Shown piece by piece: positions 38,572-49,602 of a stretch of 64,000 nucleotides of DNA. This DNA is from Sphyrna mokarran (lineage: Eukaryota): NCBI GenBank assembly GCA_024679065.1, contig JAGIQG010000011.1, positions 39,494,001 to 39,558,000 on the forward strand, given 5' to 3'. The notes below the pieces were generated by a model. The model was not told the DNA's origin. It was given only the letters and a program-made list of their open reading frames with translations, and made no database searches. A program made the translations under genes and the position numbers. Every line of letters starts with the position of its first letter. Position 1 is the stretch's first letter.

Positions 38572-38850
38572 AATCTGCAAATATCATAGAAAAGACTGAG
38601 TCATTTACAGTGTCTTCAGGAGACCCAGCCATTTTGGAATGTACTGTAGCTGGCACACCAGAGTTAAGCGTTGCATGGTTCAAAAATGGAAAGCAACTGC
38701 AATCAAATAGAAAATATAAAATGAGTTTTGTGAATAAGGTGGCCAGTCTAAAAATTCTGTCTGCTGAAATGGATGACAGTGCTGACTACACTTTTAAAGT
38801 TCAGAATGAGTTTGGAGCCAAAAGTTGTGATATTTCTTTGACAGTATTAG
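38572..38850 (+). CDS. ttn: Titin Ig exon 7D
   Basis: AG/GT, 279 nt; ESANIIEKTE. Confidence 0.94.
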
Positions 38851-38986
38851 GTCAGTGATTAATTTGTACTGAAAGCTTTGATTTCATGAAGCAATTATTT
38901 TGAAAACCAAATCTTATCACAAAGTTTAAAATAATGAACACGTTTTAATTGATCTTTGTGATTTTTCCCTCCCTTGTATTGGACAG

Positions 38987-39274
38987 AACAAATAATTGCT
39001 CCATTGTTTACAAGGAAGTTAAAGGAAATGAGCAATACTTTAGGATCTTTTGTACGAATGGAATGCAAAGTTTCTGGTTCTATGCCCATGGAAGTTACTT
39101 GGTATAAAGAGGGCCACGAAATATCAGCTAGTAACAAATACAAGATGTTATTTCAAGACAATATGCTGTCTTTAGAAGTCAATGAATTAGACATTTCAGA
39201 TGGTGGAATTTATACTTGCAAAGTGGCAAATTCATCAGGAAAGGATGAATGCAATGCTGTCTTAAGTGTAAAAG
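38987..39274 (+). CDS. ttn: Titin Ig exon 7E
   Basis: AG/GT, 288 nt; EQIIAPLFTRKL. Confidence 0.94.
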
Positions 39275-39541
39275 GTTTGAAAAATTGCTTTGTCACTTTT
39301 CCTTCCTATTGATAGTCCAAGAAATGGTTATTTTCTTATCAAAGCTTTTTAAAAAAAATCAGTGCAGTAGTGTTGTAACTGAATAAACCTTTCAAACATC
39401 CCTTTCCTCATTATTTTAAGTTCGTAAATTTTTGAATATGTTAGCATGTAGTATTCAGAAGATTATCTTCTATCTGAACATTTCTTTCAGTTCCCACATA
39501 CATGAGTTAATTAAATGTGTTTTTTCTTGTGTGAATTTTAG

Positions 39542-39820
39542 AGCCCCCAAGCTTTACAGAAAAAATAACATCGCGAGATGTTGTACTTGGTTCTACAGTA
39601 CAGTTTAGAGCTGTTGTGAAAGGAAGCACACCATTATCTACAAAATGGCTTAAAGGGGACAGGGAATTGATGCATGGTGTGGCATATTCTATTTGGAATG
39701 AAGGCTCAATATATTTGTTGGAGTTGGTTTCAGCTAAAGTATCTGACGCAGGTGGTTACACCTGCCAAGTCAGCAATGATGCTGGTACAGTTGCCTGCTC
39801 TGCAGAATTGTTTGTGAAAG
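39542..39820 (+). CDS. ttn: Titin Ig exon 7F
   Basis: AG/GT, 279 nt; EPPSFTEKITSRDVVLGS. Confidence 0.94.
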
Positions 39821-40244
39821 GTGTGCATTTCTGTATTTATTATTGTGATTATGTTTTATTCTATACTGCTTTTCCAGCTTAGCTACTTTTTCACTTGTCT
39901 TCTTGATGGTTAGTCAGCTCTAGTTGTACAACTTTACACTGCTAACCAGAGAGAGGGCTGTCTCGTTTATCAGTATATTGGGGCTGATACTCATTCCTTA
40001 TTTGGAATCTCTACAGTTTTGACATTAACTGTTAGATGAAGCATCATGGGTGAAGGCTGACATTTAGGTAATTGTGGAAAGCTCTTTTTTAGTTAAGGAA
40101 AATCTCAAATAAATAAGGTTTAAAGTCAAATTGAATTGTACCATGAAAGAACAAAAAAGGCAAATTTGAGAACTTTTGAAGCCCAGACTGCCCAGCTCTC
40201 AAAATGAAGGGTGGAGGCATCAATGGGAAAAGCTGAACATAAAT

Positions 40245-40467
40245 CTGGTTTCCTCCCAACATCCAAAGAAATGCAGATTAGGTGGATTGGTCATGCTAAA
40301 TTGCCCTTCAGTGTCCCAAGGTATGTAGGTTAGATGGATGATATATGTGTGGGATTGCAGGCTTCAGGCGGGGAAGAGGGCCTGTGCAAGATACTCTGTT
40401 AGAGAGTCGCAGCAGACTTGTTGGGCCCAATTGCCTCTTCTGCAATGTAGGGATTCTATGATTCTAA
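40245..40467 (+). mobile_element. 5'-truncated HE1-like SINE
   Basis: ggtttcctccca...ggtggattggtcatgctaaattgccc...gggattctatgattcta; absent from the paralogous intron at about 32750. Confidence 0.8.
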
Positions 40468-40659
40468 ACATGAAAAAGAAATTTTTGTTTGTTTTACCCT
40501 ACACAGAGCGCTCACTGAGCACTGATCTATAATTTTTTTTAAGTTGTTAGTTTGATCTGTAAATTTTTTATAGCAAATTATCTATAGCTAAATGTTAGTT
40601 TGAATTGGTTTTGATTATTCTTTAAATTGATACTGACTTTTTAACGTTTTGGCTTCTAG

Positions 40660-40941
40660 AACCTCCTAGCTTCCTTAAAAAGCTAAACACTTCAACAATA
40701 TTAAAGAAAGGAATCACAGCGCATTTTGAGTGCATTATAACTGGCACACCTAAAATCAAAGTTATTTGGTACAAAAATGGCCAGGAAATTATAGCCAGTG
40801 ACAAATATATGATGTCATTTGATGGTTCTGTGGCAGTTCTTGAAATTATTGATATTATGCTGGATGACAGTACATGCTACGTATGTGAAGCAAGAAATGA
40901 GGCTGGTAGTGACAGCTGCAGCACTGAGGTTGAAGTTAAAG
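40660..40941 (+). CDS. ttn: Titin Ig exon 8A (correct frame absent from the ORF track)
   Basis: Hand translation is open: EPPSFLKKLNTS...DDSTCYVCEARNEAG; 282 nt. Confidence 0.92.
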
Positions 40942-41062
40942 GTCTGTAATAATGTCTTTCTTAATTCAGCAACAAAATACATCCTGTGGTTTCTTGAGCA
41001 AGGCTTCGATTAGTTTCTGCATTTCAGTTAATCTGTATTTCTTTACTGTGATTACTTTATAG

Positions 41063-41341
41063 AACCTCCCAGTATTAGAAAGGAACTTCAATCCACTGAG
41101 TTACTAAGAGGTAGCAGTGCCACTCTTGAGTGTGAAATAGCTGGAACAGGTCCCTTTAATGTTATGTGGTCTAAGGATAATAAGCAGATTCGATTAGGTG
41201 AAAAATACAAGATGGTCACTGAGAACTTTTTAATTAGTCTTCATATTTTGAAGATTGGTACTTCCACTGCTGGTGACTATAAATGCATAGTAACAAATGA
41301 TGTGGGAAGCTGCTCCTGCAGTTGTAGTATCAGCTTGAAAG
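41063..41341 (+). CDS. ttn: Titin Ig exon 8B
   Basis: AG/GT, 279 nt; EPPSIRKELQSTEL. Confidence 0.92.
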
Positions 41342-41502
41342 GTTAGTTACCTTGAGTCTGGAAAATAATTTTGCTGATAATGTTGATATTTTTACAGAAC
41401 AGTTCCAAAAAAAGTTTCTATTACAAATTTCTATTTTATTATCATGCTTGAGAACAGAAGAAATAATTCATATTTATTTGTCTGCCTGTTTATCTGAACC
41501 AG

Positions 41503-41781
41503 AACCTCCCTCATTTGTAAAGAAGATTGAAAGTGTTACAATAGTTGCTGGAAATCCTGCTGCATTTCAGTGTTGTGTAAAAGGGTCACAGCCTTTATCC
41601 ATAAGTTGGATGAAAGATAACGATGTTATCAAAGAAGATGATAACCTAGCAATTTGTTTTGAGAACAATACTGCTATCCTGAAAATTACTGCTGGTGAAA
41701 CGAAACATGGTGGGAAATATATTTGTCAGGCTAAAAATGCTGCAGGAATTGAGAAATGTTTTGCTACATTGACAGTTACAG
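41503..41781 (+). CDS. ttn: Titin Ig exon 8C
   Basis: AG/GT, 279 nt; EPPSFVKKIES. Confidence 0.94.
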
Positions 41782-41923
41782 GTTGGTAGAGAACACTTGT
41801 GAATCTTGTTGCCAACTTGTGAAAGTCAGTTGATGCTAAGTTCAAATGTACATTACTCGTGAAAAAACGGCACTTCTTTAAAAAGAATAAACATGGCTCA
41901 ACACAATATTTTTTTCTTAACAG

Positions 41924-42202
41924 AACCTGCAAAAATTGTTGAGCGAGCAAAGTCACACAGTGTAACTGTGAGAAATCCAGCAAATTTGGAATGTACTGTA
42001 ACTGGTACTCCAAACTTAAAAATTAAATGGTTTAAAGATGGAAAACAGATTACACCCAGCAGAAATTACAAAATGAGCTTTGAGAAAAACATAGCCAGTT
42101 TAAAGATTCTGTCAGTAGACAAGTCGAGTAGTGGTGAATATACTTTTGAGGTGCAGAATGAAATTGGAGTCGACAGCTGCAAAGCTTCCTTGACAGTATT
42201 AG
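41924..42202 (+). CDS. ttn: Titin Ig exon 8D
   Basis: AG/GT, 279 nt; EPAKIVERAK. Confidence 0.94.
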
Positions 42203-42315
42203 GTTAGTATTTTAAACTGTTATGAAAAGGAATGCAGTTGAAGCTTGAAATTATACTTTGTATTTTAGGCTACTTTTACGTCTTAAGCTTACAGATTGTG
42301 CTCTATATTGTACAG

Positions 42316-42603
42316 ATCAATTAATTGCTCCAACATTTACGAAAAAGTTAAAGGATGTGGGCACTTCATTAGGGTCTTTCATGTCCATGGAGTGCAAAGT
42401 ATCTGGCTCTCTTCCATTGAGCATTCATTGGTATAAAGATGGCAAGGAGATATCAGATAGTGACAAATTTAAATTATCACAGCAAGATAACACTTCAGCT
42501 TTGGAGATCCATCAACTAGAAATCACAGACGGTGGAAATTATACCTGCAAAGTATCAAATGTAGCAGGAAGTGATGAATGCAGTGCTACATTAGTTGTGA
42601 AAG
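42316..42603 (+). CDS. ttn: Titin Ig exon 8E
   Basis: AG/GT, 288 nt; DQLIAPTFTKKL. Confidence 0.94.
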
Positions 42604-42780
42604 GTTTGAACTATAATCTTATCAACTCCATTTCTTAAAATGATAAAAGTCAGTTGCATCATACTCTTGAACTAATTGTTCTGAATTTATTAGCATTATG
42701 TAGCTCATAATGCAAAAGTTGATGATTCTTTATTTATGCTCTTTGTCGCTACAAATATATTTTTCTTCAATGAATTTTAG

Positions 42781-43059
42781 AACCACCAAGATTTATAGTA
42801 AAACCAGTGTCACAGGAAGTACTCCCCAATTCTGCAGTGCAGTTCAAAAGTGATGTGAAAGGAACACCTCCTTTGTATTTCAAATGGTTTAAGGATGACA
42901 AGGAGCTAAATTCTGATGCTACGTGTCGCATTATGACAGAAGGTTCATCCAGTTTTCTGCAACTGTATTCAGTAAATCGTTCCAATACAGGATACTATAC
43001 TTGCCACGTCACCAATGATGCTGGCGTAAATACCTGTACAGCAAAACTATTTGTAACAG
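42781..43059 (+). CDS. ttn: Titin Ig exon 8F
   Basis: AG/GT, 279 nt; EPPRFIVKPVSQEVLP. Confidence 0.94.
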
Positions 43060-43099
43060 GTGTGCAATTTTTATGCAGTGTTGCAATATGTTACCAATA

Positions 43100-43472
43100 T
43101 CTTGTTTATGTTTCACTTGTTGTTTTGTCTTTAACTTGCTGAGTATTCTCAGTAGAGATCATCTTTCTTGTATGTTTATCATGTTAGCATCTTGTGTTCT
43201 TCATGATATTGAACATATCTTATAATCTTATACTCTTTATCAATTTTATATTTGCTTCTTATTTTCTTCATGATCTTGAGAATACATCTTCTTGTACTCT
43301 TCACTAAAGCGATTCTACTGAATGCTTTTTATTGTATATAACACAGAAAATAAATCTTTGATTTATGTCTTTTCAAAATAATTTGAAACATTCTCTTATA
43401 TAATTACTTTCAGTGTCTTTCTTTTTTCTACGTACTTCACAATTCCAATTATTCCAAAACACTAACATTCTT
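43100..43472 (+). promoter_or_regulatory. UCUU-rich intronic cluster, candidate RBM20/PTB-type splicing element
   Basis: About 21 TCTT counted by hand in a 453-nt intron, 13 of them within 43162-43301. Confidence 0.5.
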
Positions 43473-43512
43473 GTAACTCTGGCACTAAATGTCCTCTATT
43501 TTGGTTTCCTAG

Positions 43513-43794
43513 AGCCCCCAACTTTCATTCAGAAGCCAGAACCATCCAAAGTGCTGAAGAAAGGTGAATCCGTACATTTTGAGTGCAAAGTGATTGGCAC
43601 GCCCGAAATAAAAGTTTCATGGTTCAAGAATGACATTGAAATTAGTGCTGGTACCAAGTACAAAATGCGTTATGATAATTGTGTAGCAGTTCTTGAAATC
43701 ATTAACGCTGATTTGGAAGATAGCGGGGATTACATATGTGAAGCTCAAAACGAAGCTGGCAGTGCAAGTTGCAATGTAGCTTTTACTGTCAAAG
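43513..43794 (+). CDS. ttn: Titin Ig exon, 10-Ig super-repeat position A
   Basis: AG/GT, 282 nt; EPPTFIQKPEPSKVLKKG. Confidence 0.94.
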
Positions 43795-43892
43795 GTATGT
43801 AGATTTTTTCAAGTGTATTTCACAATTCGTTCTAAAACAAGTATCTTTTCACCATGAATGCATAAATGAGACAAATTACGATTTTCTTACAG

Positions 43893-44171
43893 AACCTCCG
43901 GTTTTCAGTAAACCACTAGAGACAGTTAATGTCAGAAAAGATTCTGATATCGTACTCCAGTGTGAAATCCATGGTACATCTCCTTTTGACATATCCTGGT
44001 ATAAAGACAAAAGGCAAATCCGAGCAAGTAATAAGTATAAAATGATGTATGAAAACCATGTCGCAAGTATTCATATTCTTAAAGTGGAGGCTTCAGATAT
44101 AGGAGAATATATGTGCATGGCCAAGAATGATGTAGGAGGTGATACTTCCATTGGCACGGTCAATCTGAAAG
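43893..44171 (+). CDS. ttn: Titin Ig exon, 10-Ig repeat B
   Basis: AG/GT, 279 nt; EPPVFSKPLE. Confidence 0.94.
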
Positions 44172-44260
44172 GTTGGTAAATTTTCCAAATGCAAATATTA
44201 TCACTGTTGTAATTTTAGAAAAACAAATCAGACATAAAAAATATTTCTTTAATTCTTCAG

Positions 44261-44539
44261 AGCCACCAGTATTTGTGAAGAAACTTTCCAACATTTCTTC
44301 TCTGCTTGGAGAGTCTGTAACTTTACAAGCTACCATTAAAGGTTCAGAACCAATTCATGTAACATGGATCAAGGAACACAAAGAATTGAAAGATAATGAG
44401 TATATGACTATTACTCATGAACAAAACACTGTAACGCTACATATTTCAAAAATAGAACAAATTCATGCTGGAAAGTATGTTTGCCAAATCAGAAATGATG
44501 CTGGAATGCGTGAGAGTGCTGCCATAATATCACTTCTGG
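44261..44539 (+). CDS. ttn: Titin Ig exon, 10-Ig repeat C
   Basis: AG/GT, 279 nt; VTLQATIKGSEPI. Confidence 0.94.
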
Positions 44540-44670
44540 GTCAGTACTTAACGTCAACTTATTGATGTTTTTAGAATTTGGTTTGCATTTAAGGGCATTG
44601 CCCAATATTATTTTCTTTACCAATGTATACTAACAATCTTTTGTAAAAGTACATTTTTTTTGTATTTTAG

Positions 44671-44949
44671 AACCTGCCACAATAACGGAAAAAGCAGAGT
44701 CTGTCAGTGTAACTGCAGGAGATCAAGCAACTTTGGAATGCGTTGTTAGAGGTACACCAGAACTAAAAGTGAAATGGTTGAAAAATGGTCAAGAGTTAGC
44801 ATCTGGCAAAAAGTATAGAATCAGTTTTCTAAATGGGATTGCCAACCTAAAGATTCTTTCTGCCGAGAAGGCAGACAGTGGTCAATATACTTTTGAAGTC
44901 CAGAATAATGTTGGTAGCAGCAGCTGCAAAGCATCAGTCAGCGTACTAG
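44671..44949 (+). CDS. ttn: Titin Ig exon, 10-Ig repeat D
   Basis: AG/GT, 279 nt; EPATITEKAE. Confidence 0.94.
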
Positions 44950-45054
44950 GTTTGGTTTATTTTTTCTTCTTTTTCATACTTATTTTCAGGATTTGTTAAA
45001 TACTTATTAAACAAATCTTTTCATAATCACGGTTTATTGATGTAACTTAAACAG

Positions 45055-45342
45055 ATCGAATCATTCCACCAACATTTACAAGAAAGTTAAAGAAGGTGGA
45101 TGGTATTTTGGCTTCTCCTATCCAAATGGAGTGCAAAGTGTCTGGATCACCACCTATTGCTATATCTTGGTTCAAAGATGGACAAGAGATTGTTCATGGA
45201 GCAAAATGTCATCTCACATTTGGAGATAATACATGTGGTTTAAAAATAAATGCTCTGGAAATGTCAGATGTTGGCAATTATACTTGTAAAGCAACAAATA
45301 CTGCAGGGAGTGATGAATGCAGTGGTATCTTGACCGTGAAAG
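45055..45342 (+). CDS. ttn: Titin Ig exon, 10-Ig repeat E
   Basis: AG/GT, 288 nt; DRIIPPTFTRKL. Confidence 0.94.
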
Positions 45343-46310
45343 GTCAGTTTATTTTTCTGTGAACATTCCAGTATTTTACATTATTCTTTGTATTACTACC
45401 ATCTCAATAGAGACTGGTAATGTTTTTTATACAATCCAGAACACTGTGTATTTCAGAAAAGAATAATGTCACAAGATTGACAGTTTAATCAAAAGAATTT
45501 TAACATATAAAAAAAATCAAATAACATGAACGCTAATAAATAATCATGTATAGTTAGTTAGATTGAAAGATAATAGAAGTATAGTGAACTCTATTGTTAA
45601 TAATCTAAACTAAACTCCCTTATATATAAAATTATTCTTAGCTTTTTGTTCTTTCCCTTTTTAAGCGTGGTAACTTTTAACTGCAGAACTGTCTTCATAG
45701 TGAAAGCATTACTAGACACCCTGCTTCCAGCATAAGTGAGACAAATCATCCAGCATTATTTCAATTTCTCATGAATTAGGTCTTTTCAATTCAAGTTCAG
45801 ATTTTAAATCACATTCCAGCATGGTGAACAGTGGAGACTTCAGGCCTGTAGCTGTTCTTTTTCCTTTAAACCCCTGACAGACCAAACTGTCTTTCATATT
45901 CAGTGGTATTTTAGGAAATTCTGATAACACATTGGTTATCTCTGTACCCTGCCATCTCAAAGCCCATCACCATGGTAACTTGAATCACATGGGTCTTATA
46001 TCCAAATAGAGATGTGTGTAAGCTATCCTTAATACTCCAACCAGCTTTCATCTTAAATGGACAATTTAATGCAGAACTTCTAACAACCTAACATTATCAA
46101 CATCTTTTTGAAACTTTGGAGACTCAAAGGCTATTAGCACACTCACTGCTGCCATTGTAATCAGATATGTGCATCTTGCTCGTTCTTCACCAAAAATCAC
46201 TTTGGATCCCCTTTAATCTAATCGGTATTTGCTGACAGACAGATATCAGAACAGATCACAAGATCTCCTTCATCCTAAGTTAAAGACCACAGCTCCAAAA
46301 ATATATAGAC

Positions 46311-46843
46311 GGCAATTCTCCCAACCTACTGCATGCTGCTCTAGTAATGTAATGGGCAGGGAGACATCAGCAGAGGCCATTTAGCATGGGGTAAAGGGTG
46401 GAGGGATGACCCTGGGGCATTGTCAGCCTGGCAGTGCCAAACTGGCCCTCTCACATTGCCCAACGGGCAAATTGGTAATGCCCAGAGGACACCTTGGTAC
46501 TGCCCACCGGTCATTGGACAGTGCAAAGAATATGGAGGCCCTGAGAGATCTGGGAAGCCAACGATCAGGGTAGGAGGGGATTGTTGTAGAGCTGGTCAGC
46601 TATCAGGAAGCCAGCAATGTGGGGTCACTGCATATGTGCTGATCTTCAGTCTGTGCTGTGCTGCAGTCTCTCTGGCAGGAATAGGCACCGCATGTTGATT
46701 TTCAACATGAATCTTGCCTGGGGACTCTGCAGTGTTCAGAGTGTGAGAGATTCATTTTGAAAATCCTACAAAAATACCATAGAGAGTTACTCCAGTTCTT
46801 ACTCAAATTTGGTACTTAGAATTTTTTTGGGAGAATCCCAGCC
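46311..46843. mobile_element. GC-rich insert with short terminal inverted repeats; putative non-autonomous DNA transposon
   Basis: Left end ggcaattctccca, right end tgggagaatccc; GC content clearly above the flanking intron. Confidence 0.45.
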
Positions 46844-47624
46844 ATAATCTTGTAAATCTTATAATTGCAACACTGCCTGGTTAGAAATGCATTCTCTATG
46901 TAACAGATCACTGATCCTGTTCCAGTTACTGTCACACCAATCAATGTGATATGCGACCTCTATAATCTCTGCTTGAAAATCTCCTCTTATATTTCTTTAT
47001 CCAGTAAAGCCTGAAAAGACTAATTCAACCCACTAATTATATCACAGTGGCCTTATTAAAAATATATACAATTTGTCCATCTGATTGCTCAAACAGGGAG
47101 AGACCTCAAGAGCTGTTGCTTCCCAAACTTGGACTTCATCAATTCATGAACATTTCAGTGTCAAGCTCAGCAAAAGCAAGAAAAGTAATTCAGTTAAAGT
47201 TTCAGTATGACAAATAAATTAAAGAAATCAGTCGCAGTATTTAAGTTAGTTTTCCTTAATTAGCCTAAAAAACTTGATGTAGGAATTTGTCAGGATTCTT
47301 ACAGCAGGCCTCAACCAGACAATCTGATGTCACTATCCTGTGTCAGGACGGAATTTGGCCCAATTACCATCATTATCTTTGTCAAATGCTCAAACTGTTG
47401 CTGCCCATCTTTAGGCTTAGACATACAGAATGATATTGGAAGGCTACTATTATCTATGGATTTTCATGAGCCACTTCCGTCAGGGAAGATGGGGCAAAGG
47501 AATAAAAATTGTGGAAAAAGAGAAAAATTGGTTTTGTCTTAACTTCCAGCAAAAATTACACTCATCTTTCAAATAAATTTATAACTTAATGTTCCATTAC
47601 AATGTTTTGCTTTGACTCCTTTAG

Positions 47625-47903
47625 AACCACCTTCATTTATGAGGAAACCTGATCCTCAGGAAGCTTTACCTGGTTCAAATGTGAGATTTACAAGTGTTGT
47701 TACTGGAACAGTTCCACTGAAAGTGGCATGGTTTAAAGGTAGCACTCAACTGGTAATGGGAAGGAAATGTCTAATTTCTTTAAGTGGCTCGACAGCAGTA
47801 TTAGAGCTACTAAACATAGACGCTTCCCAAAGTGGAGACTATATCTGCGAAGTTAGTAACGAAGCTGGCCAAGATTCTTGTGCAACAAAATTGTTTGTGA
47901 AAG
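47625..47903 (+). CDS. ttn: Titin Ig exon, 10-Ig repeat F
   Basis: AG/GT, 279 nt; ALPGSNVRFTSVV. Confidence 0.94.
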
Positions 47904-48007
47904 GTTTGTAAATTACAAATTAAATGAAAGAGCATCTGTGTAAGTTAATATTTTACTGGGGTTGCTTGGCCTTCTTGAACAAAAGTTTTCATATGTATCC
48001 TTACCAG

Positions 48008-48286
48008 AACCGGCCGCATTCCAGAAGAAGTTGAAGGACTCCAGTGTTGTACTGGGCAAGTCCGTTTGTCTTGACTGCACATACACTGGTACCCCAGAAA
48101 TCACAATCAGCTGGAAAAAAAATGGAATCCCTATATTCCAGTCAGAAAGACATATTTTAACTACTACTGAAACATCTTGTATTTTGGAGATTCTCAACTG
48201 TATTAGAGATGATAATGCAGAATATACATGTGAGGTAGAAAATGATGCTGGAATGGACACTTGTCATGCTGAAGTCAAAGTATTAG
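48008..48286 (+). CDS. ttn: Titin Ig exon, 10-Ig repeat G
   Basis: AG/GT, 279 nt; EPAAFQKKLKDSSV...TTETSCILEILN. Confidence 0.94.
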
Positions 48287-48409
48287 GTTTGTTAAAATTC
48301 AGATTTCTATTAGTCACTGACTTTACATCAATATTATGTCCCTTTATTTTCTTTTTTATATACATAATATGCATAACTTTTAACTGGATATATATTGATT
48401 ATACTTCAG

Positions 48410-48688
48410 AACCGCCAACATTCATCCAGCATTTAGAACCACTGGAAATAACAATAGGTGACCCAGGATTCTTTGAATGTACTCTTACTGGAACACCTGA
48501 AATTAAGGTTACTTGGTACAAAGGGGACACAAAACTGAGAGCCACCCCTAACTGTAAAATGGAGTTTGTGAACAATGTTGCAAGAATGAAACTGCAGAAA
48601 ACAACTTTGAGTGACTGTGGGGAATATATATGCAAAGCTGAAAATAAAATAGGGGCCTGCTCATCAAAGGCCATGCTCAATATTCAAG
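48410..48688 (+). CDS. ttn: Titin Ig exon, 10-Ig repeat H
   Basis: AG/GT, 279 nt; WYKGDTKLRATP. Confidence 0.94.
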
Positions 48689-48857
48689 GTGATTTTGCTG
48701 AACTGATTAATTGTGCTTGACAGATTGGCATATGTCAGCATCTGATACATTTTTCCATTGGAACGTTTAAAAATCTTTTCACTGCAATTTAAAAAAAGTA
48801 TATTTCCTATATGATCACAGTTCTGAAGAACTCATTCCTTAATTGTTTACTTTACAG

Positions 48858-49145
48858 AACGTAAAGTTGCACCTTCTTTCACAAGAAAAATTCAGAATAT
48901 AGAAGGAACTCTTCATCTTCCAGTGACATTTGAATGTCATGTTTCTGGTTCGATGCCCATTGAAACCTCTTGGTTTAAAGATGGTGTAAAATTGACGAGT
49001 GAAGAAAAATTAATTATATCTTTCACAGGAAATGTAGCAACTCTTAAAATTCTTAATACTGAGATGAATCATGCGGGTGAATACACTTGCAAAGCTTCAA
49101 ATATGGTTGGAGCTGTTTCATGCAGTTCTCAGCTAACCCTGAAAG
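48858..49145 (+). CDS. ttn: Titin Ig exon, 10-Ig repeat I
   Basis: AG/GT, 288 nt; ERKVAPSFTRKI. Confidence 0.94.
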
Positions 49146-49314
49146 GTTTGTTGGGTTAAAAATTAATTAAATATCTTTATCTCTTTCTCTTTATTATCTT
49201 TTTTTCCCAATTTTGCAACATTTAAAACTTGTTTCTTTTAATGATTGCTGGGTGCAGTTATTTTACTGCTGTAATATTATGATAGAAAATAATAATTTTT
49301 TGTTGTTTTTTTAG

Positions 49315-49602
49315 AGGCTAGAGTTGCTCCTGTATTTGACAAAAAACTAGAATCATTGGATGTTACTACTGGGCAGAGCGTAGATCTTGTGTGCCATTTC
49401 ATTGGCTCTTCCCCAGTTAAAGTTATTTGGCTGAAGGATGGCAAAGAAGTTCGAACAAGTGGCAATTACAAGATAACTTGCATGGAAAATACACCTCAGT
49501 TGACAATTCTAAAAGCAGACAAAGGAGATTCATGCCAGTTTGTTTGTGAGGCTAGCAATGATATGGGAAAGGACTCATGCAAAGCATTAGTGACTGTGAA
49601 AG
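49315..49602 (+). CDS. ttn: Titin Ig exon, 10-Ig repeat J
   Basis: AG/GT, 288 nt; NYKITCMENTPQLTILK. Confidence 0.94.

Larger units (their letters stand above)
24449..41341 (+). repeat. Tandem duplication of a 12-exon unit (copy 1 about 24500-33400, copy 2 about 33400-41110)
   Basis: Exons n and n+12 are near-identical and their introns are alignable by eye (e.g. 25322 vs 34225; 32041-32360 vs 39501-39820). Confidence 0.9.

Noticed and set aside
30256-40941. Exons 5C, 6A and 8A missing from the ORF track, suggesting pseudo-exons
   Set aside because: Hand translation shows intact frames and splice sites; they only lack an early start codon
24449-41341. Assembly artefact or collapsed haplotypes as the explanation for the duplicated block
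   Set aside because: The copies differ by many substitutions and copy-specific insertions, far beyond allelic divergence
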